DNA of 60,294 nucleotides, taken from the IMG/VR virus record IMGVR_UViG_3300027499_000002, one strand, 5' to 3'. Of this stretch, positions 16,825-24,205 are shown in pieces. The DNA comes from a virus. How positions within the stretch are numbered: position 1 is the first letter of the stretch; every line of letters begins with the position of its first letter. A program made the position numbers and the translations under genes. The notes beneath the pieces are model-generated. The model ran no database searches. It was not told the origin of the DNA and worked only from the letters and a program-made list of their open reading frames with translations.

Positions 16825-16861
16825 ATATTGTGATCGTTCTTTTTTTTCACGGAGTTTCAAA

Positions 16862-17764
16862 ATGAGTCTAGGTACACAACTGGCCGAACAGATGAGCGGC
16901 TGCAAGCTCGAAGTCACAAGCTTTTCGTCGGGAAAGAAATTCACCGACGGCCAACGGGCTCGGATGGCTGAGTTCTTCGAGTCCGAGGTCAAGTCGGTTT
17001 CGGGGACACGGCAAATTCTTAACAAGAAGATACCGCAGGTCAAAGCGGTGTACGCAATCATTCGATCGGCCCGCGCTCTGTGGCAGGGCTACACGGTCAA
17101 GTACGAAGAGGGAACCAGACTGATCAAAGCCGACAAGATCGTCTGGATGAACGAGCAGATTGCGAGCTTCCAAGCTCACCTGCAAGCAGCGAAGGATGAG
17201 TTGTGGGCAAACTGGGAAGCGGTCAAGGCTGATGCCAAGACTCGACTGGCCGATCTGTATGTCGATTCGGATTACAACTTCGATGTTCGGCAAACGATCT
17301 GGATCAACATTTCGTACCCATCGGTCCAGCCAGACGGCAAGCTCGAACAGCTTTCTAAGGAACTGTGGGACAAAGAAATGGCAAAGTTCGCCATCAAGTT
17401 CGACGAGGCGGCTCATGCTGCCGAGGCTGCGTTGCGTCAAGAGTTTGCGGCTATGATTGCAGGTGTGGCCGAACGCTTGGAGGGGGGCGAATCTGAGGAC
17501 GGAAAGAAGCGCGTTTTGCAACAGCGAGCGGTCGATAACATCGTTGAGTTCGCGGATCGGTTTCGGGCTCTTTCGATCGGAGACAATGCCGAGCTCGATG
17601 CGCTGGTACGACAAGCCGAGCAGCTTGCGGTCGGGCTAGATACCAAGGCCATGAAAGCCGACTCGGGCCAGCAAACGGCAATGCGAGAAGCGTTCGCACG
17701 GCTCAAGACCTCGATCGATGCCCACGTGGTCACGGCTGCTGAGCGAGTAATCGAATTCGAATAA
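16862..17764 (+). CDS. hypothetical protein (helical)
   Basis: 300 aa. I use the internal ATG of track ORF 16403..17764, because the upstream part overlaps the AAA+ gene out of frame. Confidence 0.55.
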   Translation: MSLGTQLAEQMSGCKLEVTSFSSGKKFTDGQRARMAEFFESEVKSVSGTRQILNKKIPQVKAVYAIIRSARALWQGYTVKYEEGTRLIKADKIVWMNEQIASFQAHLQAAKDELWANWEAVKADAKTRLADLYVDSDYNFDVRQTIWINISYPSVQPDGKLEQLSKELWDKEMAKFAIKFDEAAHAAEAALRQEFAAMIAGVAERLEGGESEDGKKRVLQQRAVDNIVEFADRFRALSIGDNAELDALVRQAEQLAVGLDTKAMKADSGQQTAMREAFARLKTSIDAHVVTAAERVIEFE

Positions 17765-17787
17765 ACGGCGCTTTACTTTTTTCCGTT

Positions 17788-17799
17788 GGTGGCGTTAGA
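17788..17799 (+). promoter_or_regulatory. promoter-like motif GGTGGCGTTAGA
   Basis: Preceded by TTTTTTCCGTT. A palindrome lies 3 nt downstream and ATG 17846 lies 47 nt downstream. Confidence 0.5.
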
Positions 17800-17802
17800 A
17801 GT

Positions 17803-17818
17803 TTGGAAACGTTTCCAA
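17803..17818. repeat. palindrome copy TTGGAAACGTTTCCAA (16/16), operator-like position
   Basis: Intergenic, with the same flank (AGTTTGGAAACGTTTCCAAGATT) as the copy at 15294. Confidence 0.95.
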
Positions 17819-17845
17819 GATTTGAACCTAGTTTTGAGGGAAATC

Positions 17846-18247
17846 ATGAGTCACATAGCTACGGTCGAGGTCGAATTTCGGGACATGGACGCACTAGCGA
17901 AAGCCTGTGTAAAGTGCGGGGTCGAGCTTCGGCAGGACCAAAAAACGTTCAAGTGGTACGGAGGCAAGGTCAGTCCATGCGACTCTGCGATCGTTCATCC
18001 AAACCCAAAAGCGTACCAGATCGGGGTCCACAAGACCGAGACCGGCTTGCGAATCGAGTTCGACCCGTACATGAGCGGATACGGGATGCAGAACGCTGTG
18101 GCGTTCGAGGACGATCTTAGGGGGCTTGGCAAGCTCCAGCAAGCCTATGCGGTCGAGGTCGCTCGAAAACAAGCCAAAAAGCAGGGGTTCTCAGTCCGCG
18201 AGCAAGTGCAAGCGGACGGTCGGGTCAAACTTACTCTTTCGAGGTAA
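17846..18247 (+). CDS. DUF1257 (Ycf35-like) family protein
   Basis: The N-terminus MSHIATVEVEFRDMDALAKAC... and the length fit the DUF1257 pattern MSHxxxIxxxIxDxxxLxxAL. Confidence 0.5.
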   Translation: MSHIATVEVEFRDMDALAKACVKCGVELRQDQKTFKWYGGKVSPCDSAIVHPNPKAYQIGVHKTETGLRIEFDPYMSGYGMQNAVAFEDDLRGLGKLQQAYAVEVARKQAKKQGFSVREQVQADGRVKLTLSR

Positions 18248-18249
18248 TC

Positions 18250-18432
18250 ATGGAATCTGTTGAAATCATCATCGACAAGACTGGCAAGGCGACCGTCGAG
18301 GTCAACGGCTGCACTGGCAAGGGCTGCGAGGCTGTGACTGAGGCAATCGAAAAAGCACTCGGTACGGTCTCGGCAAACGATCGCAAGCCGGAATACTTTC
18401 AGCAGGCTCAGGGCCAGCAGGCGAAGCGATGA
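18250..18432 (+). CDS. DUF2997-like small protein
   Basis: 60 aa. IIIDKTGKATVEVNGCTGKGCEAVTEAIEKALG fits the DUF2997 pattern, and it sits adjacent to the DUF1257 gene. Confidence 0.5.
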   Translation: MESVEIIIDKTGKATVEVNGCTGKGCEAVTEAIEKALGTVSANDRKPEYFQQAQGQQAKR

Positions 18433-18755
18433 GGCCGACGCTCTACTACGAGATCAAAGCATCGAGAGAGTTCCCAATGCGTTCCGAGCTGACTCGGCTG
18501 GTTCGATGCACCAGGGACGATGCAAGCGAAGGGGTCGGGAAGTGGCTGATTGAGATTCTTGAATTCCCGATGGACGGGATTCTTGACACAACATTCGTTC
18601 CGGATGCGCCTCATGCAAGCAGGCAGATTGGACGAATCGTCTGCGGGAAGGTTATCTGTGCCTTGTCGCTCGGGAGCAGGATTGAGTGGTCTGCGGAATA
18701 CCGTCAGATCACGATGGAAGAGGCCCTAGATCTACTCGATTTGATAAAGGTGTAG
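18429..18755 (+). CDS. hypothetical protein
   Basis: 108 aa with an ATGA overlap onto the upstream stop. Confidence 0.5.
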   Translation: MRPTLYYEIKASREFPMRSELTRLVRCTRDDASEGVGKWLIEILEFPMDGILDTTFVPDAPHASRQIGRIVCGKVICALSLGSRIEWSAEYRQITMEEALDLLDLIKV

Positions 18756-18757
18756 AG

Positions 18758-19087
18758 ATGAGCGCGTTGCAAGACCGTCCAAGGATGAAGTTCTACAAAA
18801 TCCATTTTCGGAGAAAAAAGCCAGACGTTTCCAAGATTTGTTTTGTGGTAGGAATCGAAGAAGACAAAGCCTTCGAAAACCTAAGAGCCTTGCACCCAAT
18901 TTTCGAGCACAAGTTTCGAGGATGGACATTTGGCTACGCCCCAATCTCCGAGAGCAATTTCGAGCGAAGGATACAAGAGGCGCAAGAAACAAGCTTGATC
19001 GATTTTGACCATCGGCACCCAGACCGTCTGTTCGAGGATATCAAGAATATCAGTGGTAACTTTTTTGACCCATGGCGCTTTACTTGA
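18758..19087 (+). CDS. hypothetical protein
   Basis: The internal ATG at 18758 lies directly after the upstream TAG. 109 aa. Confidence 0.5.
   Translation: MSALQDRPRMKFYKIHFRRKKPDVSKICFVVGIEEDKAFENLRALHPIFEHKFRGWTFGYAPISESNFERRIQEAQETSLIDFDHRHPDRLFEDIKNISGNFFDPWRFT
18825..18835. repeat. palindrome half-site ACGTTTCCAAG
   Basis: It shares the right flank CGTTTCCAAGATT with the copies at 15294 and 17803. It lies inside ORF 18758..19087. Confidence 0.6.
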
Positions 19088-19094
19088 TCGGTTT

Positions 19095-19106
19095 GGTGGC
19101 GTTAGA
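19095..19106 (+). promoter_or_regulatory. promoter-like motif GGTGGCGTTAGA
   Basis: ATG 19123 lies 17 nt downstream. Confidence 0.4.
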
Positions 19107-19122
19107 AGGGTGGAGGATTGCA

Positions 19123-19362
19123 ATGGAAATCACACTTTTGGTTGGTGCTTCGGTCGAAGCAATTTACGCAGATGATGCGGTCGAACTGCTCAAAGATCTT
19201 GGAAACGTTTCCATCCGGCGAGCATCGCACGTTGAGCCAGAAGGTGACGGCTGGTCGGCTGATATGTCGCCGGTCGGTGGTCCAGTCCTCAGTGGTTTCT
19301 CGAAGCGTCAAGATGCGATCGACGCTGAAATCAAGTGGTTAAGGAGGAACAAAAATTTGTAG
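19123..19362 (+). CDS. hypothetical protein
   Basis: 79 aa (MEITLL...). Its 3' end (DAIDAEIKWL) is duplicated at 19830. Confidence 0.5.
   Translation: MEITLLVGASVEAIYADDAVELLKDLGNVSIRRASHVEPEGDGWSADMSPVGGPVLSGFSKRQDAIDAEIKWLRRNKNL
19199..19214. repeat. palindrome copy TTGGAAACGTTTCCAt (15/16)
   Basis: Lies inside ORF 19123..19362, where it is read as G-N-V-S. Confidence 0.9.
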
Positions 19363-19386
19363 GGTGGATGTTGTGGTTCTATTGAG

Positions 19387-19791
19387 TTGTATCGTTTTTT
19401 GAAAGTGTTTAGGTTGCCTATGTGGTTGTTTACAAAATATGGTTTTATCAGTGCCGTCAACGCAAGGCTTGGGGGTCCAAATCGCTCGTCACCTCCTGAC
19501 CCAAGTCTGATCGTTATTCGTGCTCGTGTGCGTTCGCACATGCAAAATTTGTTCAATGCGTTTCCTAGCTTGCTGAGTGGTTTTGAAATCAACGAAGATA
19601 CGGTTGGTCAGCGTGATTACAAATACATTGCAATCGTACCAAAAGCGGTTTGGGTCAGGTTAGTTTCTGAACTGGCAAACGAAATGAACTACCCGAAGTT
19701 CAAATCGTCTTTGATCGACTTCGATGGAAAAAATGATTATCACGATTCGTTGCTAGACGTTTGGAACCTAATGTATGAAACTCAAAAATAG
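19387..19791 (+). CDS. hypothetical protein on an AT-rich inserted segment (moron)
   Basis: 134 aa from TTG 19387 (alternative start ATG 19420). The local composition is visibly more AT-rich than the flanks, and the segment is bracketed by duplicated junction sequences. Confidence 0.5.
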   Translation: MYRFLKVFRLPMWLFTKYGFISAVNARLGGPNRSSPPDPSLIVIRARVRSHMQNLFNAFPSLLSGFEINEDTVGQRDYKYIAIVPKAVWVRLVSELANEMNYPKFKSSLIDFDGKNDYHDSLLDVWNLMYETQK

Positions 19792-19803
19792 GGATTTGTA
19801 ACG

Positions 19804-19875
19804 ATGGGTTTTTCAAACGGTCAAGGTGTGATCGACGCTGAAATCAAGTGGCTAAAATCAAATAGGGGTTTGTAA
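19804..19875 (+). pseudogene. chimeric relic ORF: 5' end of the exonuclease gene fused to the 3' end of gene 19123
   Basis: The ORF encodes MGFSNGQG|VIDAEIKWLKSNRGL*. The first 8 codons copy the start of 19878 and the rest copies the end of 19123..19362. Confidence 0.6.
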
Positions 19876-19877
19876 CG

Positions 19878-20681
19878 ATGGGATTTTCAAACGGTCAAAG
19901 TCTGATAGGTGAATCTGCCGAGGCGTACCATCGCCGGGGCGAGATTTCAGCTTCGATGGTCAAGACGTTTCTGTCCTCGCCGGAAGAATTCTACTGGACG
20001 CACATTCAGAAGCGGCCGACGAAAACCAGCCAAGCGATGGACTTCGGTACCGTGGTCCACGAGGATCACTTGCTGGCGATTTGGGAACAGTCTTGGATCC
20101 AGATTCCACGGGAGGCCCTATCGTCGAATGGAGCTCGAAGGGGCTCTGCCTGGGATGCGTTTAAGCGAGAGAACGAAGGCAAAATCCTGCTTAAAGAGGA
20201 ACAGACTGACAAGCTGAAATGGATCCGCGAAGCTCTGGAAAACAACCCGCTGGCAAGGGAGTTGCTTGAAAGAGAATCGGTCAACGAAATCACGATCACG
20301 GCTGATGCACCGCTCAGCGATGGGACAGTTCAACCGATGCGAGGACGGATCGACAAGCTCCACGAAGCGATTGTGGACCTGAAAACCCTGTCTGACCTGG
20401 ACGATCGAACCGTGCAGTACAGGCCGAGGGACCACAAGTGGGATATCCAGGGAGTGAACTATCAACTGCTGGTGCAGTCGATTCGCGGTGGCTCGCTTCC
20501 GGATGTATACTTCATCGGAGTTGAGACAACGGTACCGTTCCGTTGTGAGGTTTTTCATCCGAGCCACCAGACGTTGGCGGCTGCTGCGCTGCAGCTCCAG
20601 GATGCGATCGAAGAGATCGTTGAACGGACCAAGAGCGGCAACTGGCATCGTCACGGTTGGCCGGAACCATTTAGGTTTTAG
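19878..20681 (+). CDS. PD-(D/E)XK exonuclease (RecE/DUF3799-like)
   Basis: Supported by the N-terminal SASMVKTFLSSPEEFYW...DFGTVVHE and by the GRIDKL...IVDLKT D-x(n)-D/E-x-K motif. Confidence 0.6.
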   Translation: MGFSNGQSLIGESAEAYHRRGEISASMVKTFLSSPEEFYWTHIQKRPTKTSQAMDFGTVVHEDHLLAIWEQSWIQIPREALSSNGARRGSAWDAFKRENEGKILLKEEQTDKLKWIREALENNPLARELLERESVNEITITADAPLSDGTVQPMRGRIDKLHEAIVDLKTLSDLDDRTVQYRPRDHKWDIQGVNYQLLVQSIRGGSLPDVYFIGVETTVPFRCEVFHPSHQTLAAAALQLQDAIEEIVERTKSGNWHRHGWPEPFRF

Positions 20682-20693
20682 GGAGATTTGGTT

Positions 20694-21026
20694 ATGGACA
20701 AGAAGATCAGCGGAAGCTTCGAGCGCAAGCTTCGCAAAGAGATTTCAGCGTCGGTTGAAGACATTGCGAGCACGACGAAGACGCGACCGATGGCAGCGGG
20801 ATCGAAATTTATTGACATTGTTTTTCGAGTTGCCAGGGAGTTCACTGCCGAGCAATTGAAGGGCATGGACAAGGCAACTCTGTTGCAAATCGTTGGCAAG
20901 GCGTATGACGACTACATTTTGAAGATCGACCTTCCCGGCGAGTTCGATGCGATCTTCCACACGTTGCTCAAGCAGACGGCGATTACGACGGTCGGGATTG
21001 CATTCGATCGATTTTTGGCAAAATAG
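20694..21026 (+). CDS. hypothetical protein
   Basis: 110 aa, ATG 20694 with RBS AGGGAG. Confidence 0.5.
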   Translation: MDKKISGSFERKLRKEISASVEDIASTTKTRPMAAGSKFIDIVFRVAREFTAEQLKGMDKATLLQIVGKAYDDYILKIDLPGEFDAIFHTLLKQTAITTVGIAFDRFLAK

Positions 21027-21043
21027 TTTTTAGCCGAGCGATC

Positions 21044-21055
21044 GGTGGCGTTAGT
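21044..21055 (+). promoter_or_regulatory. promoter-like motif GGTGGCGTTAGT
   Basis: Preceded by AGTTTTTAGCC. ATG 21102 lies 47 nt downstream. Confidence 0.4.
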
Positions 21056-21101
21056 TGGTTATGACTGGTTTGTGTTTAGTTCCTTCATCTAGGAGAACAG
21101 T

Positions 21102-21524
21102 ATGAAGCGATTTTTTTTAGCGTGCTGGATGCTCGCGGCGACGGTCCCTGTGTTGGCTCAGGAGTGTACTACGGGGCAGTGCTTCCGCAGTCCCTCGGAC
21201 AGGCCGGTAGTAGCGGTCGCTCAAGCTGCGATTGAGATTCCGGTGCGAATTGTCGAGCACGTGGTCTGCGAGGTTCAGCCTGTGCGTTCGATCGTTGCTT
21301 GCAACGGACTGGCGCAGTACAAGGCTGAGCGGCAGGCTGCAAGCGGTCGTCTGTATCACGTTGGCGGCGGTTTCAATGGCGGCTGTGCTGAGGGAGTCGG
21401 GTTCTCGACAAGCTCCCCGGACGCTGCGATTCGAGCGTGCTGCTACTGGGGCCGCAGGCCAGTCCGAGAAATCGGCGTAGCGCGTGGCCGAAACGGATGG
21501 TACGCAACAGTGATTTACGAGTGA
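21102..21524 (+). CDS. secreted small protein (weak CAP/SCP-like C-terminus)
   Basis: It has the signal peptide MKRFFLACWMLAATVPVLAQE. The C-terminal GRLYHVGGGF..AEGVGFSTSSPDAAIRA...IGVA...WYATVIY loosely resembles YkwD/CAP motifs. Confidence 0.45.
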   Translation: MKRFFLACWMLAATVPVLAQECTTGQCFRSPSDRPVVAVAQAAIEIPVRIVEHVVCEVQPVRSIVACNGLAQYKAERQAASGRLYHVGGGFNGGCAEGVGFSTSSPDAAIRACCYWGRRPVREIGVARGRNGWYATVIYE

Positions 21525-21571
21525 TTCATGCTCGGCAGTCGGGGGGAGAGGATCGGCTGTCGGGGGTGTGA

Positions 21572-21663
21572 GGATCGGGTCCACTGCAATGTTTTGCTCG
21601 TGCAACGCAGGGATATTTGGTAAGGGCACGAGACCAAGTAGGGTTCAAATCCCTGCCCGATCC
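21572..21663 (+). ncRNA. tRNA-like element (T-arm plus acceptor-type closing stem), non-canonical
   Basis: GGATCGGG (21572-79) pairs with CCCGATCC (21656-63). A canonical T-arm TAGGG-TTCAAAT-CCCTG lies at 21639-55. I could not fold a D-arm or anticodon arm in the 59 nt between them. Confidence 0.25.
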
Positions 21664-22012
21664 TTTTGTTGAAAATACCGCAAGGAGATCCGCGAGGTAG
21701 CCTTGAGTGCGAAGTAAAAAAAGGCTTTCGGGCAGTTTGCACTTGAAACAGCGGAGAGGATCGTATCGGTGCGATTTACCGCACGGCGTTGCAGGGCTCT
21801 ACGGAGCCACAAGCGCCGGAACGTAGCCAAGTCGATTTGCAGGTGAAAATCTGTACGGTCCTTTTGCCGAACCACACCGGGGCGGCGTTTATGAAGGCTG
21901 AAATGCAGTCGACCTTCCTTGAAGAACTGATTGCGTTCACGCTAAAAAACGAATGCTCACTAAATTGGTGCAGGTCAGTGTTGGTCTGCGTGCAGGAAAA
22001 CAAAGAGGGATC

Positions 22013-22231
22013 ATGAGCCAACCTATCGATCAACAACCTGATATCGGCTCTGACCTGAGGGACTTCGGCGATGACGACGGTCCCGAACCTACTTGCATGA
22101 ACTGCGGAGGGGATGGTTTTGTCGACTCGGTAGCCGGGGAGTCAGGTAGATACGGCTGGGATGAAGACGGGCCGGGAACGTGTCCGAACTGCAACGGAAG
22201 TGGGCTCGGGAAAGATCAACAGTGGTTCTAG
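22013..22231 (+). CDS. DnaJ-type zinc-finger small protein
   Basis: 72 aa with two CxxCxGxG motifs (CMNCGGDG and CPNCNGSG). Confidence 0.5.
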   Translation: MSQPIDQQPDIGSDLRDFGDDDGPEPTCMNCGGDGFVDSVAGESGRYGWDEDGPGTCPNCNGSGLGKDQQWF

Positions 22232-22245
22232 GGAAAGATTCAATC

Positions 22246-22464
22246 ATGCGAAACAACTGTGTGAAAATAGGAATGCAGGTAATGACCGCGACAGTATCGG
22301 GCGAGCTAGTTTCTTGCACGGTCCTAGAGCAATGCACGCTAGATGTTCGGCAGTGGGTTCTCGCTTCGCCTTCGCACGGTTACGCGATTCAACGTCATCA
22401 TTGTGAATTCACCTCTATTACTGAGGAAACGAAAGAAATCGAAAGGTCGATAGGCAAGGCTTAA
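22246..22464 (+). CDS. hypothetical protein
   Basis: 72 aa, from an internal ATG of track ORF 22180..22464. Confidence 0.45.
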   Translation: MRNNCVKIGMQVMTATVSGELVSCTVLEQCTLDVRQWVLASPSHGYAIQRHHCEFTSITEETKEIERSIGKA

Positions 22465-22466
22465 CC

Positions 22467-23609
22467 ATGGCAGAAAACACAAAAATAGAGTGGGCTCATC
22501 ACACCTTCAACCCCTGGATCGGTTGCACGAAAGTCAGTCCAGCGTGCAAGAATTGCTATGCCGAACGAGATTTCGATCATCGGCTTGGGCAGGTTCAATG
22601 GGGGCCAAACGGAACGCGAGTCCTGACAGGGATTGAGAACTGGGCTAAGCCGGTAAGGTGGAACATGCTGGCAAAGCGTCGAGGTCAATCAATGACCTAC
22701 GGTGAGGCTGTTGCAGTCTACGGCAAGGAGCTTCCCAAGTGTGAAGGTCACCAATGGGACAATCGCACCAAGGACGAAAACAACGCATGGTTACGTGAGC
22801 ATGGAGTCGATCCGCTTCGCAGGCCAAGAGTCTTCTGCGCAAGCCTAGCCGATGTGTTCGAGGACTGGCAAGGGCCGATCTTGAACAGCAAGGGCGAGCG
22901 AGGCGTGATTGATTGCAATGGAGGCTGGTGGTTTACGAATGGTCCCGTGAGCAATTGCTACGAGCTGACAATGGATGTTGTTCGTCAGAGGTTGTTCGCT
23001 CTGATCGATGCAACGCCGAACCTCGATTGGCTGCTGCTGACGAAAAGACCGGAAAATGTTCTTGGAAAGTGCATGTGGCCTATTCACCCGAGCGGCATAT
23101 ACCAAGAGGGGATGAGTTTTGCCGAGTCGCATCGCCGAGCGAACGTTTGGCTCGGAACTTCTGTTGAAAATCAAGAATACGCCGACAAGCGGATACCGGA
23201 GCTGCTACGGTGCCGAGACCTTTCGCCGGTGCTATTCCTGAGCTGCGAACCGTTGCTTGAGCCCATCGATCTTAGTTACCCTGAATCGCTATATCCAGAC
23301 GGTCCAGAGCGTTGCTGTAGCGGCCACGAATGCGGATGCCAAGGTCTGCCGATCGATCCACCTGCTTACTTGCATCGCGCTTTCGGCGGAGTCGATTGGG
23401 TGATCGCTGGCGGTGAAAGCGGACAAGAAGCTAGGCCTTCCAACCCAAATTGGTTTCGATCAGTTCGGAATCAATGCGAATCTTCCAGCGTGCCATTCTT
23501 GTTCAAGCAGTGGGGCGAGTTCGGCGAGAACATGCAGCGCGTTGGAAAGGTTCGTGCTGGTCGGTCTCTCGACGGTGTGATTCACGATAAATTCCCGGTT
23601 CGGTCTTAA
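22467..23609 (+). CDS. phage Gp37/Gp68 family protein (DUF5131)
   Basis: The N-terminal signature TKIEWAHHTFNPWIGCTKVSPACKNCYAE supports the call. 380 aa. Confidence 0.7.
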   Translation: MAENTKIEWAHHTFNPWIGCTKVSPACKNCYAERDFDHRLGQVQWGPNGTRVLTGIENWAKPVRWNMLAKRRGQSMTYGEAVAVYGKELPKCEGHQWDNRTKDENNAWLREHGVDPLRRPRVFCASLADVFEDWQGPILNSKGERGVIDCNGGWWFTNGPVSNCYELTMDVVRQRLFALIDATPNLDWLLLTKRPENVLGKCMWPIHPSGIYQEGMSFAESHRRANVWLGTSVENQEYADKRIPELLRCRDLSPVLFLSCEPLLEPIDLSYPESLYPDGPERCCSGHECGCQGLPIDPPAYLHRAFGGVDWVIAGGESGQEARPSNPNWFRSVRNQCESSSVPFLFKQWGEFGENMQRVGKVRAGRSLDGVIHDKFPVRS

Positions 23610-23627
23610 TGAAGGAAAAAAGTAGCA

Positions 23628-23873
23628 ATGAATATTTTCAGGAAGCTACCATCGTTCGAGCGTACCAAGCCTCAACTTGCGGTCGGCTGCTGGGTGGTCG
23701 AGTTTGCTTGGATTGAACGGTGCTGGGAGGGAGCAGGCTGGAGGTCTTTTTCCTTCGGAGTGTTCCGCATCGAGCGAGGGGTTGATGAGGGCGAACGAAT
23801 GTTGACTCCACAAACGATCCGAGGGTTCCGGCGCGAGTATCGAATCTGGTTGCCTTGGGTGCGGGTGAACTGA
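23628..23873 (+). CDS. hypothetical protein
   Basis: 81 aa, Trp/Arg-rich. Confidence 0.4.
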   Translation: MNIFRKLPSFERTKPQLAVGCWVVEFAWIERCWEGAGWRSFSFGVFRIERGVDEGERMLTPQTIRGFRREYRIWLPWVRVN

Positions 23874-24148
23874 TGAGCAAGAACTACGTGATGGCGATCT
23901 GCACAAAATGCAACAAGGAATACCGCAGCAACGGAAAAAGCTTATGTTGCCAATATTGCTATCGAGGGGTCGCGGCTCCTAATCGATCGGCTGAGCTTGT
24001 CGCGCCCCATCGATGCGGGAAATGCGGAAAGAAAATTAACACGCGCGAATGCTTGGGGTGTTTGACCCTCGAACGGATAGAATCTGCGAAAAAAGAACCG
24101 GAAGAGGTTTCCGTTGACGATCCGGTGGCGTTGGAAGATTGTGATTGA
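23873..24148 (+). CDS. zinc-ribbon protein
   Basis: TGATG coupling to the upstream gene. It has the CxxC pairs CTKCNK, CCQYC, CGKCGK and CLGC. Confidence 0.5.
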   Translation: MSKNYVMAICTKCNKEYRSNGKSLCCQYCYRGVAAPNRSAELVAPHRCGKCGKKINTRECLGCLTLERIESAKKEPEEVSVDDPVALEDCD

Positions 24149-24163
24149 GTCGCTGCCTGTGGC

Positions 24164-24175
24164 GGTGGCGTTGTG
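24164..24175 (+). promoter_or_regulatory. promoter-like motif GGTGGCGTTGTG (a second copy at 24124)
   Basis: ATG 24206 of the ERF gene lies 31 nt downstream. Confidence 0.4.
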
Positions 24176-24205
24176 TAGGTGGCTGCAATACGAAAGGGAA
24201 AAGCC

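Noticed and set aside
16403-16861. N-terminal extension of ORF 16403..17764 (453 aa as listed in the track)
   Set aside because: The first ~150 codons overlap the 3' end of the AAA+ gene out of frame and read as R/S/G-rich filler. A promoter motif (16813) and an RBS precede the internal ATG 16862.
21572-21663. Calling this a bona fide tRNA gene or a tmRNA
   Set aside because: Only the T-arm and the closing helix are canonical. I could not build a D-arm or a 5-bp/7-nt anticodon arm. There is no encoded CCA, no tag-like reading frame ending in an Ala-rich tail downstream, and the element is far too short for tmRNA. I keep it only as a low-confidence tRNA-like element.
21639-21663. An active attP site (tRNA 3' end) implying a temperate lifestyle
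   Set aside because: No tyrosine or serine integrase, excisionase or CI-like repressor is recognisable anywhere in the 60 kb. The type IB topoisomerase domain at 47569-48303 shares chemistry with tyrosine recombinases, but it has the TopoIB motif order and is fused to the portal. A relic att remains possible and is mentioned in the findings.
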